Source: Clostridiales bacterium
Lineage (GTDB): Bacteria > Bacillota > Clostridia > Christensenellales > UBA1242
NCBI GenBank assembly: GCA_015055665.1
Contig: SVHX01000002.1
Coordinates: 14,326 to 78,325 of the forward strand
Length of the DNA: 64,000 nt
Direction: 5' to 3'
Shown here: positions 42,145-50,864 of the stretch, piece after piece
Layout of the letters: each line of letters opens with the position of its first letter
Position numbering within the stretch: the first letter of the stretch is position 1
Notes under the pieces: model-generated
What the model saw: the letters and a program-made list of their open reading frames with translations, nothing else
What the model was told of the DNA's origin: nothing
The model's database searches: none
Program-made: the position numbers and the translations under genes

Positions 42145-42924
42145 TCACATTCCATCCCATCCAAAAAAATCTTCTTCTTGTGTTGATTGAGAAGATGCGG
42201 ATTGTTGTTCTTTTTGTCTTAGCACTTCTTGTTCGTAAGTTTTTAATTCTTGAATTTCTTCTGCAGACAATGGCATTTTGTATTTACTTTTTTCATTAAA
42301 TAATGCAAGATAATCATCTATCGTAAATGAAAAATCTGAATTAATGTTAACATTATAAATTTGTTGTTTTAGATAATGAAGATAATTTTCGTGTACTTTT
42401 TTAAAAGCGGATTCTCTTCCATTTTTATTTGAATTCTTAAAGTAATTTTCATTTGGTATAAAAGTTTGAGTGATGGCATCATATGCTCCAACAATAAATT
42501 CACTCATAAGAACATCATAAAGAGGGGGCTCGGTGAACAACTCCTTGTCATCATTTGAGATATAAAAAGCTTTTTTTTCAGTAAAAGCTGCTTCTTTCAT
42601 ATCATTAAAACAAAAGTAATCTGGAAATATATAATTCTTAGGTAATGCAATTATTATCGTTCGCTTACTTTCTAAATGCCTATTATGATTTAAAGCATCA
42701 TGAGCAGATTCTCTATATAAATCGGGAGAACCAAATCCGATAGGATAAGAAGTTGAACCAATGTTTTTTGATCCTTCATTATAACCATAAGATCCGGTAT
42801 CTAGTAACAATCCATTTTTAAAAATTGAAGTTGTTATAGAATTGTCGGTGTCGTTTCCACTTCTTCCTGTTCCGTGAATATAATATTTTAAGTTTTCATC
42901 TTCAAATATTTTAGATATGTCCAT
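42145..42924 (-). CDS. Putative ADP-ribosyltransferase-fold protein (cassette 1 cargo)
   Basis: YYIHGT...SIFKNGL N-terminal motif and VL.SEFI.G strand; RBS aaagga. The ORF is solid, the function is tentative. Confidence 0.5.
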   Translation of the reverse strand: MDISKIFEDENLKYYIHGTGRSGNDTDNSITTSIFKNGLLLDTGSYGYNEGSKNIGSTSYPIGFGSPDLYRESAHDALNHNRHLESKRTIIIALPKNYIFPDYFCFNDMKEAAFTEKKAFYISNDDKELFTEPPLYDVLMSEFIVGAYDAITQTFIPNENYFKNSNKNGRESAFKKVHENYLHYLKQQIYNVNINSDFSFTIDDYLALFNEKSKYKMPLSAEEIQELKTYEQEVLRQKEQQSASSQSTQEEDFFGWDGM

Positions 42925-43360
42925 AATTTATCCTTTTAATTTATTATTAGTAGTGTAGCATTGTTGTTGTTTTATGTCAAACTTATATTGTGAGAATTTA
43001 TATTTATACACACCACAATTACTCCTTTTAATAGTAAAAATCATGCTATCTAGGATGGCATACGGATAGCATTTATAAATGAGATTAAGTGAAAGCAGAC
43101 GTTTCTAGGTAAAACTATGGGGTTTGAAGATAAAATTGCTGTACTACAAGTGAGCAGGTTTTATCGGATAATCGGGAACTTTAAATTTCATGACTTTGAT
43201 TCCATATGTTGGAGAGTAATTAAAACAAAATGTTCCTATTATAGGAACTTTTTTTCATTTCTAGAATCATTTGTTGTTGTCTATTCAAAAATGTCATCAT
43301 TAAGCATTGACTTAATTGCTTAACTATGGTATAATACTAATATATAAGGGAGATTGTGTT

Positions 43361-43762
43361 ATGAGTTACGAAGATTTAAAAAAGCATGTGTTGGGTCAAC
43401 AACAAAGTGATGTGTTGGACCAAGATTCTATAATTATTAATTTGGTGGAATCTCTTGCGGATGATTTTGCTAATGAGCATCATAATATTGAAATAAAATC
43501 AAGGCGAGATGAAATTTTAAGTAAAATTGAATCTTTATCTGATGAAGATTTGTCTAGAGCAATAGATTATTGCATGTTGGCCATTAGAAAAGTTCAACAA
43601 GACAGACATCAACTGCTTAATGAGGATGATAATGAATCAAGAAAAACTGTAACAAATGAAGTTTCAACTAATTTAACTATGTTTTATGAAAAAACATTAG
43701 AAATTCTTAAAGGATTTAAAAAACAAGATAAAGAGACTTCATTAGATAATGATGGGAAGTAA
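43361..43762 (+). CDS. Hypothetical helical protein (cassette 2 cargo)
   Basis: Promoter TTGACT-17-TATAAT (43307-43335); RBS aagggag; MSYEDLKK...DNDGK. Confidence 0.75.
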   Translation: MSYEDLKKHVLGQQQSDVLDQDSIIINLVESLADDFANEHHNIEIKSRRDEILSKIESLSDEDLSRAIDYCMLAIRKVQQDRHQLLNEDDNESRKTVTNEVSTNLTMFYEKTLEILKGFKKQDKETSLDNDGK

Positions 43763-44194
43763 TGTAACTTTGTGTCAAATGTCATTGTTCTATAAATTAC
43801 AAAGAGTTATTTTTAAGTATTATTTAGTTATAATAAATAATTTATAATCTTAATACTTGGCTTTGTTTAGACGTTTTTAAGTAGTGCCAGATATTGCAAA
43901 GTTAAAGCAAATAATGGAATTAAGATTTCCATACGTTGGAGAGTAATTTATTAAACTTTTCTTTATCATTAAAGAAAAGTTACAAAAGAAACTGCTGGGT
44001 GCGGATTTCTCCAGACCCTTAAAATGCCTTTAATATGGCTAAAATTAGAAAAATTGAAGTTCCTATTATAGGAACTTTTTTTGTTTCTAGAATTATTTAT
44101 TATTATCTAAAATCCTAAAATGTTATCATTGTGTCATAAAATATTGACTAAATAGTTAAAATCTATTATAATATATATATAAGGAGATAAAATT

Positions 44195-44437
44195 ATGAGC
44201 TTTAAAGATTTAAAAGAATATTTGTCAGACAATCATACATCTAATAGAGTTATTGATCCAAAAGCTGGCGGAGAATATAAACCAGCACCAAATCTCGATT
44301 CAGGTAAAGCGGTTGATGTAAGTGAATATGGCACGCCTGGCGATAAGCATACACCTAACAGAGCTTTTAATCCAAAAGCTGGCGGAAAATATGAACCAGC
44401 ACCAAATTTTGAAGAATTAGGTGATGATGGAATGTAA
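44195..44437 (+). CDS. 80-aa protein with an internal duplication (cassette 3 cargo)
   Basis: Promoter TTGACT-17-TATAAT (44144-44172); RBS aaggag; two copies of D.HT.NR...PKAGG.Y.PAPN. Confidence 0.75.
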   Translation: MSFKDLKEYLSDNHTSNRVIDPKAGGEYKPAPNLDSGKAVDVSEYGTPGDKHTPNRAFNPKAGGKYEPAPNFEELGDDGM

Positions 44438-44657
44438 TACAACTTTGTTGCCGAATGTCATCAAAGTGTCATCGTTCTACAAATTACAATGAGTTATTTG
44501 TAAGTATTAGCAAGTTATAATAAATAATTTGTATTCTTAATGCTTGGCTTTGTTTAGATGTTTTTTCAGCAATACTAAATATTGCAGAGTTAAAAAATAA
44601 TTTAATTAAGATTTCCATATGTTGGAGAGTAGTCATTTGGCATGGCAATCCAATACG

Positions 44658-44693
44658 CAATAGACTTGAGGGATTTAAGTCTATTGTTTTTTT
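44658..44693 (+). terminator. Terminator after the last att copy, probably the original rpsF-ssb-rpsR terminator
   Basis: caatagactt/aagtctattg plus T7. Confidence 0.7.
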
Positions 44694-44833
44694 GTTTGTG
44701 TGGGGGGAAGGGGGTATTGACAATGGGTGAGGGCAGTAGTATAATATTAATAATATAATTAGTAGTATTTGTTTTTTGGGGTAAACTTAAGCGTTGTCTG
44801 AGCGCGATTGGATAAGAAAGATAGGGGTAAGTT

Positions 44834-45754
44834 ATGGGAAAGAATATGGATTTGAAAATGTTGGAAGAGCAGTATCGCAATACTGGATCGTTAGAACATA
44901 GAAATCTTGTCATTGAAGAAGCTTTTAAATTAATATGTGCTAGGACAAGATCGAAGTACATGAGTTGTGGATTAGATATAGATGATGTTATACAGAACTC
45001 GGTTGTTATGTTAACAACTCGACTAGATAAGTACGATAGTTCGCGTGGGGCATTTACATCTTTCGTATACAATACGGTAGACAATGTGGTTAGAAGTATG
45101 CTTAAGAAGTCTTATTCTTCTATTGATGCATTAGAGCATACTAGTATTCATGTGGATAATGAGGATTATGATAGTGGTGCTATAGAGCGTGGCGAGGAAG
45201 ACATAGATACTATGTACGAATCTGTTATGGAGCAAGGGGACTTCCGAGAGGAAGTTGCTATGGAGGACATGGTGGATGGGTTTCTTAATACTCTTAACGA
45301 TATGGAAAGATATACTATAGTGCATAGGCTTGGTCTTAAGGGTGAGCCAAAGCAGAGCATGGTAGCAATTGCAAGGCACTTTGGGTACGAAGGATACAAA
45401 GAATATAAGTTGTTTGTATTTCAACAAGATAAGGTGTTAACTAGGTTTAAAAATTATTGGTTATACCATGGTAAAGAGGTAGACGGTGTGCCTATGGAAA
45501 TACTTGCTACATATGCCGAGCAAACTAATACCGTTAGGCGAAAGTATATATTGCAACATAGGTATGGGTTTAATGGAGCAGAAAAGCAGACTATTGATGA
45601 GATTGCTCGTCACCTTGGGTTACAGCGTATGCAGGTAAAAACAACCATTAGGCAGTCTTTAGATAGGATAAAGATTCATCTAAACAACCAGGCTTTCATT
45701 AAAAAATATGGTTGCGAAGATACCAATGAGAAAGAGCTGGCAGATGAAGAGTAA
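44834..45754 (+). CDS. Divergent sigma-70 family factor with two region-4 domains
   Basis: Region 2 GLDIDDVIQ...DKYDSSRGAFTSF; L...ERY.I.HRLGL...IARHFG and RKYIL.HRYG...TIDEIARHLGL; promoter TTGACA-17-TATAAT at 44717-44745. Confidence 0.75.
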   Translation: MGKNMDLKMLEEQYRNTGSLEHRNLVIEEAFKLICARTRSKYMSCGLDIDDVIQNSVVMLTTRLDKYDSSRGAFTSFVYNTVDNVVRSMLKKSYSSIDALEHTSIHVDNEDYDSGAIERGEEDIDTMYESVMEQGDFREEVAMEDMVDGFLNTLNDMERYTIVHRLGLKGEPKQSMVAIARHFGYEGYKEYKLFVFQQDKVLTRFKNYWLYHGKEVDGVPMEILATYAEQTNTVRRKYILQHRYGFNGAEKQTIDEIARHLGLQRMQVKTTIRQSLDRIKIHLNNQAFIKKYGCEDTNEKELADEE

Positions 45755-45970
45755 GGTAAAATTTATATAGATATTTAAGCGAAGAAACAGCATTATTGAT
45801 ATGAGTTTCTTCGTTTTATCTTTGTCAAATTCTGTCGAAAAGTTGGGTATTGACAAAGACATAAGTTTGTGATATAATTAAGTAACTTGAATATGATATG
45901 TGTTCGTGAAATATTGGTGGAACAAGCAAGAGCGAGCACAAAAATTAAAATATTAAGGGGTAAAAAAATT

Positions 45971-46606
45971 ATGGTTAGAGCAGAGATAAGATATAGAGAT
46001 ATATTGCCTGTAGGTAAGACTGGTCGTAAGAGTTCGGAGATATATTTTGAGGCGACTCAAAAGAGCGAGGGTGCAATTATGCCTCTCAATAGATTGAGTT
46101 CGTATTTAGCGTATAAGGATAAGCATATTCTTGATGCTAAAAGAACTTGTGTCGAGGATGATACTATTAGTAATCAGAATAAGACTGTGCATGTTGCGCA
46201 AGAAATTTCTAAGATAGAGAAAGAAACCTCTCCGTTTAAGAGAATATTTAATGGAAGAGTACGTAAAAGACTGCAAGAATTAGAGCAGATGCGTGGTAAG
46301 TTGATAGGTCAGGGTTCCAAGATGTATTGGGAGGCCAGGGCTTTAGAAGAAGATAAGTATCCTACTACTGTAGAGAAGACTGCGATATATCGAGAAATGC
46401 TTGACAAGCTTGACTTTGTGCTATTGGGATCTGAGCATGATGATAGAGGTATGCACAAGGAGTATTATGCTAGCACACTTACAGGTGACGAATTAATTGC
46501 TAGAGTAGAGCAGATGTATATAGAGGCTTTGGCAAATAGTCGTGTTGCTGTTGATGAATTTAGATTAAAATATGGATATCTTCCAGAGCCAGATGTTATG
46601 GAGTAA
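45971..46606 (+). CDS. Hypothetical protein
   Basis: Promoter TTGACA-17-TATAAT (45850-45878); RBS aagggg; terminator 46608-46641. Confidence 0.7.
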   Translation: MVRAEIRYRDILPVGKTGRKSSEIYFEATQKSEGAIMPLNRLSSYLAYKDKHILDAKRTCVEDDTISNQNKTVHVAQEISKIEKETSPFKRIFNGRVRKRLQELEQMRGKLIGQGSKMYWEARALEEDKYPTTVEKTAIYREMLDKLDFVLLGSEHDDRGMHKEYYASTLTGDELIARVEQMYIEALANSRVAVDEFRLKYGYLPEPDVME

Positions 46607-46642
46607 GAAAAAACTACTGAAAATAATTCAGTAGTTTTTTTC

Positions 46643-49351
46643 TTAATAAAATTCTTTGATAACAGATCCTTCCTCGGTGTTATCTTTGGTAACAGTAATA
46701 CGGGAGCTAAGGAAGTGTTGCATCTTCTCCACGTGGGTAATGAATCCAACAGTGAAGTTAAGGTTGATAAGGGCATCAAAGCTCTGTAGAACTTTCTCGA
46801 TATAGCTCTCACTAAGGTTTCCGAATCCTTCGTCTATGAAGAAGAAGTTAAAATTCTTGTTATTATTGATAGCTATACTTTGAGATATACCAAGAGCAAG
46901 GCTAAGAGAAACAATAAATCTCTCTCCGCCGCTGAGTGTCTTAACAGAACGCTTGATTCCGCCATTGAAGTTATCTATTACGTTAAAGTCGCCATTGTAA
47001 TTGAGTAAGTACTTGCCTTTACTAATCTTGTATACATAGCTATTAGCAAAGTCTGTAATTAGTCCCATGTATTCTTCGGTAACAAACTCAATAAGTGCAC
47101 CTCCGGCTAGAAGTGTTTCGAGCTTCTCAACTGCGGTATATTCCTTGTTAACAACATCTAAGTCGCTCTGTAGCGCGGTTACAGTTGCAAGATTCTGCTT
47201 CTGGATGTCTATTGTAATCTGGTTAACGTTAATGAAAACTTTAAGTTCGGTAAGCTTCTCTTCGTTGGTATTAATAGCCTCGGTAAGCGAATTAAAGTCA
47301 TCCTTGGTATACCCATAATCTCTTGTCTTGTCCCTTAGGGCAGATGCGTTAATCTCTAGGGCAGATAGTTCGCGGTGGAAATTATCTACTTTGGTTTTTA
47401 GTTCTGGTAGTTCTTCGAGGTCAACTAGTAGTGTATAGTCGGCTTTGGCTTTAAATGTAGCTTTGTTAAATGGTTTAAGGGATGTTTGAAGAACGGCAAT
47501 CTTCTCCTTAACATTAGAAATATTGCTATTAGATACCTCGATATCTATAATTGCCTTTTGTTTATTGGCGTATATTTTATTAAGTGTTTCGGTAAGTTTC
47601 TCATCCTCGGCACGCAACCTATCTAGTGTCTTAATTAAGAAATTAAGGTCGCTAGAAGGGCGAGATTCTTTTAATTCGGATTGAGCCTCGTTAATTTGTT
47701 TCTTGAGAATCTCTAGGTTGTCGTTCTGCTCATCCATTTGTTGTTGCATAATTTGCATAGCAGATGTTGTGCTAGCAAGCATTTCTTTGGCTTCGGCGAT
47801 ACGATCTTCTACTTCGTCGCATTTCTTGTTGAGTACTTCGTTGCGGCGAACATAATTTTCTCGTATATCGTCAATGTTCTCTTCTTCGATATCTAGGTTC
47901 TTAAGGTCAGCAAGAATTCCTGCAACTTCGCGTCTAACACCCAACTCAAAGCTCTCGATATCGTGCACAACGCTCATTACTTCATCAAAGATATTAAAGT
48001 TCTCAACTTCGGCAAGGTCTTCGGGGTTAATCTTATTTTTTGTAATAGTTAGGAACATTGCAAAGTCTTGCTTGGTTTTAAATGTCTGGCAGTTATTGAG
48101 TTTGTCAATAATATCCATGTTATCAAATATAGCAGACTCGAGTCTTTTGTGGTTTAGAGTAAGGTCTGCAATATTGGCTTTGAGTGTGTTGCATTGTTGA
48201 TTGGTTTCGGTAAGTTTGCTAGATATTTCAAGAATTTTCTCGTTAGTCTGTTTTTTGCGTTCTTTTAGTTCTGCAAGAGTATTGGCTTTAAGAAGCCTTT
48301 TTTCTTCTTCGAGTTCGATAGAATTGACTTCCGATTCGAGTTCTTCAATCTTCTGATGGTTGTCAGATAGTAGGATGTTAATTCTATCGCTTTCGGCTGT
48401 TAGGTCTTCAATAAGTTGCTTGCTGGTTTCGATTATTTCGCCTAGTTGGGTTAACTCATCTACGCAAGTGTTGTATTTGTTGTTAAGTATGGTAAATTCG
48501 CCGAATTTTTCTGTATACTCGATTTGTTTTTCGATAAGGTTAATTTCTGGGATTTCACTTTGTTTAATCGATAGGTTAACCTCAATATCAAGCAATTCGT
48601 CCTTGGCTGCAAGTTCTGCTTTGATAGCCTCGGCAAGTTTCTTGTCCTTGGCTATTTGTCTAGTGAGCTTGTCAACCTGTTTGTCGGCGTCTTTAAGAAC
48701 TTTCTCGGTCTTGTCAATGGTTTCTTGATTGATACCTTGGTAAACGCCGATTTTCTCCTCGAGAGTAAGTTTCTTAAGTGATACTTCGCCTTTGCGTTTC
48801 TTAAGTTTCTCGTTAAGTAAAATACCGAACTGCTCTAGGTCGAATAGCTTAGCGAGTGTTTTCTTACGAAGTGCAGGGGTGTCAGACAAGAATCTGTCGA
48901 ATTCGCCTTGAGGAAGGGCCACACACTTGGTAAATTCCTTTTTGCCAATGCCGATAATTTCTAGTACTTTGGTATTGACATTATCTGGCATCTCTGCAAT
49001 GGTCTTCTTCTTACGAACGTCATTAAGAACAGCCTCTGCTTTTAGTCCGCTAGGACGAAGGTGAAAATCTCTACGGATAAAGTATCTATCCTTAGAGCCG
49101 TCAGGATTCTCCATATCAAAAGTGTACTCAACATAAGCATCCTTGGTATTAACGTTAATAACATTAGTAAGAACATCTCTATCGGATACGCCGTATAGAG
49201 CAAGGATAATGCTGTCAAGTATAGTTGTTTTTCCGCTACCGGTTTCGCCAAAAATACCAAAAATTCTGCTTTCGGCTAATTTTTCAAAATCTATTGATTG
49301 CTCGGACACGTAACTATTAATGCCCTTAATCTTTAATTTAATCGGCCTCAT
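46643..49351 (-). CDS. sbcC: SbcC/Rad50-type SMC ATPase
   Basis: GETGSGKTT, LPQGEF, long coiled coil, LSGGE, FIDEGFG, ITHV. Confidence 0.9.
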   Translation of the reverse strand: MRPIKLKIKGINSYVSEQSIDFEKLAESRIFGIFGETGSGKTTILDSIILALYGVSDRDVLTNVINVNTKDAYVEYTFDMENPDGSKDRYFIRRDFHLRPSGLKAEAVLNDVRKKKTIAEMPDNVNTKVLEIIGIGKKEFTKCVALPQGEFDRFLSDTPALRKKTLAKLFDLEQFGILLNEKLKKRKGEVSLKKLTLEEKIGVYQGINQETIDKTEKVLKDADKQVDKLTRQIAKDKKLAEAIKAELAAKDELLDIEVNLSIKQSEIPEINLIEKQIEYTEKFGEFTILNNKYNTCVDELTQLGEIIETSKQLIEDLTAESDRINILLSDNHQKIEELESEVNSIELEEEKRLLKANTLAELKERKKQTNEKILEISSKLTETNQQCNTLKANIADLTLNHKRLESAIFDNMDIIDKLNNCQTFKTKQDFAMFLTITKNKINPEDLAEVENFNIFDEVMSVVHDIESFELGVRREVAGILADLKNLDIEEENIDDIRENYVRRNEVLNKKCDEVEDRIAEAKEMLASTTSAMQIMQQQMDEQNDNLEILKKQINEAQSELKESRPSSDLNFLIKTLDRLRAEDEKLTETLNKIYANKQKAIIDIEVSNSNISNVKEKIAVLQTSLKPFNKATFKAKADYTLLVDLEELPELKTKVDNFHRELSALEINASALRDKTRDYGYTKDDFNSLTEAINTNEEKLTELKVFINVNQITIDIQKQNLATVTALQSDLDVVNKEYTAVEKLETLLAGGALIEFVTEEYMGLITDFANSYVYKISKGKYLLNYNGDFNVIDNFNGGIKRSVKTLSGGERFIVSLSLALGISQSIAINNNKNFNFFFIDEGFGNLSESYIEKVLQSFDALINLNFTVGFITHVEKMQHFLSSRITVTKDNTEEGSVIKEFY

Positions 49352-50576
49352 ATAATCCCTCCGACATTAGACTTAGGAATAATTCTTTGATATCGTCATC
49401 AGGCTCTGCACCTGTGCGAGATTTAACAAAATGCTCGAAGATTTCGGCGTTGGTAAGGTCTTTTTTGCTAATGATTTCAGAAGATGCTTTGGCTTCGTTG
49501 GTAATAACAGATAGAGTTACTAGGTTAGGGTGTCTTTGTCTAAGATTCTTTAGGTCGCTAGGGGTAACATACGGAGTGTACTCGCTATTGTCTACCTCAG
49601 CGTCGATATTATCAACATTTTCGATAACAATCTTGATAAGGTCGTCAGGATTGTTGTCTAGCATCTTGTGGGCAGAGCTAACCGAATTAACGGTAAACTT
49701 CTTGAGGAGCTTAACGTTAAGTGGTTGCCTAATAATATTCTGAACGCCGGTATTATCTATATCTGCAATAATTACATTAGTAGGGCTGTCGTTATTAATG
49801 GAGAAGAACTGGTTAATAAGAGCACCAGAATAGAATATATTGCGTTCTTTGTTAACGGCAGTTGCTTGGTGGATGTGTCCAAGAGCGGTGTAGTGAGATT
49901 TGTTGTGGAACAACTTCTGGTCAACGAAATTAAAGGTTGTGCTTAGATTTGTGTAATTAAGCACTTCGTCCTGAGTGAGTCCAACGCCAAAGCTCATAAC
50001 GTGAGCCATTGTGATATTGATAGTGTCGTCGCGGAATTGCGATACACCCGGTTTAAGCCACTCTTCTACCTTGTCTTGGAAAGACTGACCTTCGCGTTTA
50101 ATCTCGTTATACCTGTAATATGATGGGTATGGCAAAAGTGCAAGCACGCACTTCTCGCCCTTGCTAGTTTCGAACTCGATAAATCCTTTGCCAGACCTAG
50201 TAGCCCAAATATTTGTGCCTTGTCTGCTATTATCGATTGAAATATTATCAATATTACCAACTAGATAAATACCAAATTTGTCTGCAAAAATATTAGCGTT
50301 GCTAAGACGCTTAGGGTCGTCGTGGTTGCCGGCAATGGCAACTACTGCACACTCTCCATTACGGGAAAGCTCTACTACGGTTTTATAAAAAAGCTCTTCA
50401 TCCTCGGCACTAGGAACAATGTTGTTGTATATATCGCCAGCGATAAGAACCATATCTACATTGTAATTTTTGGCGTGCTCGACAACCTGTTTAAGGGCAT
50501 CTTTCTGCTCGTTGAATCTATCTAGGTCATCAGTTTTTGCACCAATATGCCAATCTGCTGTATGCAAAATTCTCAT
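49338..50576 (-). CDS. sbcD: SbcD/Mre11 nuclease
   Basis: HTADWHIG, AGD, AGNHD, ALGHIH. Confidence 0.93.
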   Translation of the reverse strand: MRILHTADWHIGAKTDDLDRFNEQKDALKQVVEHAKNYNVDMVLIAGDIYNNIVPSAEDEELFYKTVVELSRNGECAVVAIAGNHDDPKRLSNANIFADKFGIYLVGNIDNISIDNSRQGTNIWATRSGKGFIEFETSKGEKCVLALLPYPSYYRYNEIKREGQSFQDKVEEWLKPGVSQFRDDTINITMAHVMSFGVGLTQDEVLNYTNLSTTFNFVDQKLFHNKSHYTALGHIHQATAVNKERNIFYSGALINQFFSINNDSPTNVIIADIDNTGVQNIIRQPLNVKLLKKFTVNSVSSAHKMLDNNPDDLIKIVIENVDNIDAEVDNSEYTPYVTPSDLKNLRQRHPNLVTLSVITNEAKASSEIISKKDLTNAEIFEHFVKSRTGAEPDDDIKELFLSLMSEGLYEAD

Positions 50577-50864
50577 ATTATTCTAGTTCTCCATTTTTCA
50601 TTTTTCGTTTTTATTTTACCATATTATTAATTATATTCAAAATATATAGCGTTACTTTTGCTTATTTTTTTATAACTTTTTAAATTGCTAAAAGTAGGGG
50701 TTGTGGTTGTGTTGTGTGGTTATACTAATATAACAAGTAGTCCACATTGGGAGTGTGAACAAAATATGGGTAACTTGCAAAAAATCAAAACATCAAAAAA
50801 TATATTGAAACATAGTGATTTTTGTGCTAGAATAGATGATGAAGATATTATATAGGAGGACAGC

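Larger units (their letters stand above)
41704..44634 (+). mobile_element. Tandem array of three integrase-free cassettes inserted at the rpsR 3' end
   Basis: Core ttccata(t/c)gttggagagta at 41704, 43200, 43927 and 44613; AT-rich cargo; homologous arms. Confidence 0.8.

Noticed and set aside
43117-43323. 68-aa ORF crossing the second att copy
   Set aside because: It spans a recombination junction and a terminator and has no clear RBS; probably spurious.
44056-44077. gaagttcctattataggaactt matches both arms of the yeast FRT site (related copy at 43232-43250)
   Set aside because: The 8-bp FRT spacer is absent. The palindrome is followed by a T-run and present in both cassettes, so it reads as an intrinsic terminator; the resemblance is probably coincidental.
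41704-44634. The four 19-22 bp repeats as a CRISPR array
   Set aside because: Spacers are 0.7-1.5 kb and contain genes, the repeat is the rpsR 3' end, and there are no cas genes.
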